52,931 nt of DNA from an uncultured Planctomycetales bacterium. GTDB lineage: Bacteria; Omnitrophota; Gorgyraeia; Zapsychrales; JBDRMG01. The first letter of the stretch is position 1. Each line of letters begins with the position of its first letter. The notes below the pieces were generated by a model. It saw nothing but the letters and a program-made list of their open reading frames with translations, searched no databases and was not told the DNA's origin. Shown here one piece after another: positions 51,081 through 52,931 of this stretch. The stretch is from assembly GCA_964478715.1 (NCBI GenBank), contig CAYZIY010000012.1, positions 1-52,931 on the forward strand, given 5' to 3'. Position numbers and translations under genes: made by a program.

Positions 51081-51887
51081 ATGAAAATATGCGTGTGCGG
51101 CAAAGGAGGAAGCGGCAAAAGCACAGTGGTAAGTGTGTTGGCGCGCGCTTTTGCGCGGGAAGGCAAAGACGTAATTGTGCTCGACTCAGACGAGTCCAAT
51201 ACAGGCCTTTTCTGGATGCTGGGGCTTAATATGCCGCCCAAGCCTCTTATGGACTTCGTGGGCGGCAAAAAGCATGTGCAGAAAAAAATGGCCGCGCGGT
51301 TTTCTAAAGGAGAAAAAGAGCCGATGATGCCTGTATTAGAAATGGAAAAGATAACCAGCGCGTCTATTCCCTCCGGCTATATTGTTGACGGAAACGGTAT
51401 TAAGATGGTATCGACGGGTAAGATACACCACGCCTTGGATGGGTGCGCCTGTCCGATGGGAGCGGTAACCAGAGAGTTCTTAAAGAAGTTTTATCTCGAT
51501 GAAAATGAAGTTATGCTGGTCGATACCGAGGCGGGGATAGAACACTTTGGAAGAGGTGTAGAGGCTGGAGTAGATTGTGTTATCAGCGTGGTCGAACCGT
51601 CCTTGGAATCTATACAGCTTGCCAAGAAAACGATGGAGCTATCAGTATCAACAGGGGCTGTTTTTAGTGGCGCGATCCTTAATAAAGTATCTTCGCAAGA
51701 CCAAAAAGAGCAGATAACGACGCGGCTTAATGAGCTTTGCGTTCCCATCATTGGAATTATCGAATTTCAAGCCGCGATTCAGTCGGCGTGTCTTGAGGAA
51801 AAGAAGGTCGATTACATGGCCGATCAAGGAATAATCAAGGCGTTATTGGATTGCTTAACGCGATTCGAGGCAGGGAAAAGATTATGA
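51081..51887 (+). CDS. CooC/MinD-family P-loop NTPase (nickel-insertion accessory-type)
   Basis: The deviant Walker A is CGKGGSGKST. A CxC metal motif (DGCACPMG) is present as in CooC. The gene sits next to nikR and transport genes. Confidence 0.75.
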   Translation: MKICVCGKGGSGKSTVVSVLARAFAREGKDVIVLDSDESNTGLFWMLGLNMPPKPLMDFVGGKKHVQKKMAARFSKGEKEPMMPVLEMEKITSASIPSGYIVDGNGIKMVSTGKIHHALDGCACPMGAVTREFLKKFYLDENEVMLVDTEAGIEHFGRGVEAGVDCVISVVEPSLESIQLAKKTMELSVSTGAVFSGAILNKVSSQDQKEQITTRLNELCVPIIGIIEFQAAIQSACLEEKKVDYMADQGIIKALLDCLTRFEAGKRL

Positions 51888-52931
51888 AGGCATTCTTTCA
51901 TACAAAAACATTTATTAAGAACTATATATTTTTGATTTTGTTCGGTTTATCCTGTGCGGTTTTCATGAATTTCGCTTCAGGGATAGCCCTGGCTCAAGAG
52001 AATAAAATCATTCAAGACGCGGCCGGAAGGACAGTAGCGATTCCAAAGGATGTGACCCGCGTGATTTGTTCCGGTGCGGGGTGCCTGCGCCTGCTTACCT
52101 ATTTAGACGCTCAGGATAGCATTGTAGGGGTTGATAGTATTGAATTGCGGGGTTCTTATATAGATGCCCGTCCTTACGCGATTGCCAACCCAAAATTTAA
52201 AACGTATCCGCTGTTCGGTGAATTTCGCGGGCATGATAACGCGGAGCTTATTGCCGGTTTGAGTCCGGCGCCTGAGGTGATCTTTAAAATTTGCGCGGGC
52301 AGGGGCAGCGACCCGGATCAGCTTCAGGAAAAAACCGGTATTCCCGTAATTTGTCTTGATTATGGAAATCTCACCTATGACAGGGCACGCCTCAACAGTG
52401 CGTTACGTCTTATGGGCGAAATTATCGGGCAGTCTGAACGCGCGGAAACTGTGATCACATATTTTGATTTTTTAGAGCAGGACTTGAGAAAACGGACACA
52501 AAGCATACCGGAGGATAAACGGCCATCCTGCTATATCGGAGGGCTTGGGCAGAGCGGGCCCCATGGTTTTCAATCCACCGATCCTTCTTTTATCCCGTTT
52601 GTCTTTACCAATACCGGTAATGTCGCGGCGGCTGTATCAGCCGGGAAAAATTTATCCTATGCTAATGTCGCCAAAGAACAGATCGTTATCTGGAATCCGA
52701 AGATCATTTTTCTAGATGTGGCGACATTCAGATTGGGGGCAGAAACAAACGCGCTTTATCAATTGCAAACTGACCCAGCGTATAAAAAATTATCAGCAGT
52801 GCGCGATAATGAGATCTATTTTCTTTTTCCCTCTAACTCGTATAACCAAAATTTTGAGGTTATTTTCGCTAACGCCTATTACATAGGCAAGATGCTTTAC
52901 CCTGAACAGTTTAAAGATGTGGATCCTTTAT
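51884..52931 (+). CDS. periplasmic substrate-binding protein of an ABC transporter (FecB/BtuF-type cluster A), 3'-truncated by window end
   Basis: My own translation is MKAFFHTKTFIKNYIFLILFGLSCAVF...IIQDAAGRTVAIPKDVTRVICSGAGCLRLLTYLDAQDSIVGVD, with a signal/anchor plus the typical 'G..v.iP....Rvv' start. There is an ATGA overlap with the upstream gene. The ORF is open to the end of the window. Confidence 0.8.
   Translation, partial: MKAFFHTKTFIKNYIFLILFGLSCAVFMNFASGIALAQENKIIQDAAGRTVAIPKDVTRVICSGAGCLRLLTYLDAQDSIVGVDSIELRGSYIDARPYAIANPKFKTYPLFGEFRGHDNAELIAGLSPAPEVIFKICAGRGSDPDQLQEKTGIPVICLDYGNLTYDRARLNSALRLMGEIIGQSERAETVITYFDFLEQDLRKRTQSIPEDKRPSCYIGGLGQSGPHGFQSTDPSFIPFVFTNTGNVAAAVSAGKNLSYANVAKEQIVIWNPKIIFLDVATFRLGAETNALYQLQTDPAYKKLSAVRDNEIYFLFPSNSYNQNFEVIFANAYYIGKMLYPEQFKDVDPL

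Overview
Low-GC bacterial window (52,931 bp). I see no rRNA, intact tRNA or CRISPR array. All family assignments come from motif recognition by eye, not from database searches.

Layout:
(i) Left chromosomal flank with a gamma-carbonic-anhydrase-like gene (30-575).
(ii) A ~45.6-kb insertion bracketed by two 400-bp direct repeats that are identical by eye (724-1123 and 46325-46724). Each repeat carries a perfect hairpin terminator and a complete small GIY-YIG nuclease gene.
(iii) Right flank with fic, nikR, a TonB-dependent receptor, a CooC-type NTPase and a periplasmic binding protein, which looks like a nickel/metal uptake locus (47002-52931).

Left half of the insertion (1124-24781, almost all + strand) looks like defence cargo:
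- a DUF4143-type AAA+ ATPase and a tRNA 3'-end scar;
- HigB toxin, a HigA-HTH/ImmA-peptidase fusion, a Beta-protein (sce7725-like) gene and a convergent sce7726-like gene;
- a Type III-like R-M operon padded with an SNF2 helicase (split by a frameshift at an A8 run), DUF4391, a PHP-domain/ABC-type ATPase, Mod, a DUF6602-like gene and Res;
- a four-gene cluster of two small membrane proteins, a ComEC-type metallo-beta-lactamase (MBL)-fold protein that ends in Gly, and a 791-aa E2(UBC-like)-E1(ThiF)-JAB(JAMM) triple fusion, with no separate ubiquitin-like gene.

Right half (24768-46345) is the backbone of an integrative, probably mobilizable element. It carries a wHTH regulator, a tyrosine recombinase, anti-restriction/leading-region-type genes (ArdA, ArdC-like, DUF2958, RadC-JAB, DUF6876), P-loop translocase-like ATPases and a replication-relaxation protein. 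It also carries a miniature C5-methyltransferase-like gene, many hypotheticals, and a large serine recombinase whose last codons run into the right repeat.

Candidates for an uncharacterised system, in order: the membrane/MBL/E2-E1-JAB cluster (19906-24781), the embellished Type III operon (6894-19817), and the HigB/ImmA/Beta/sce7726 cluster (3392-6632).
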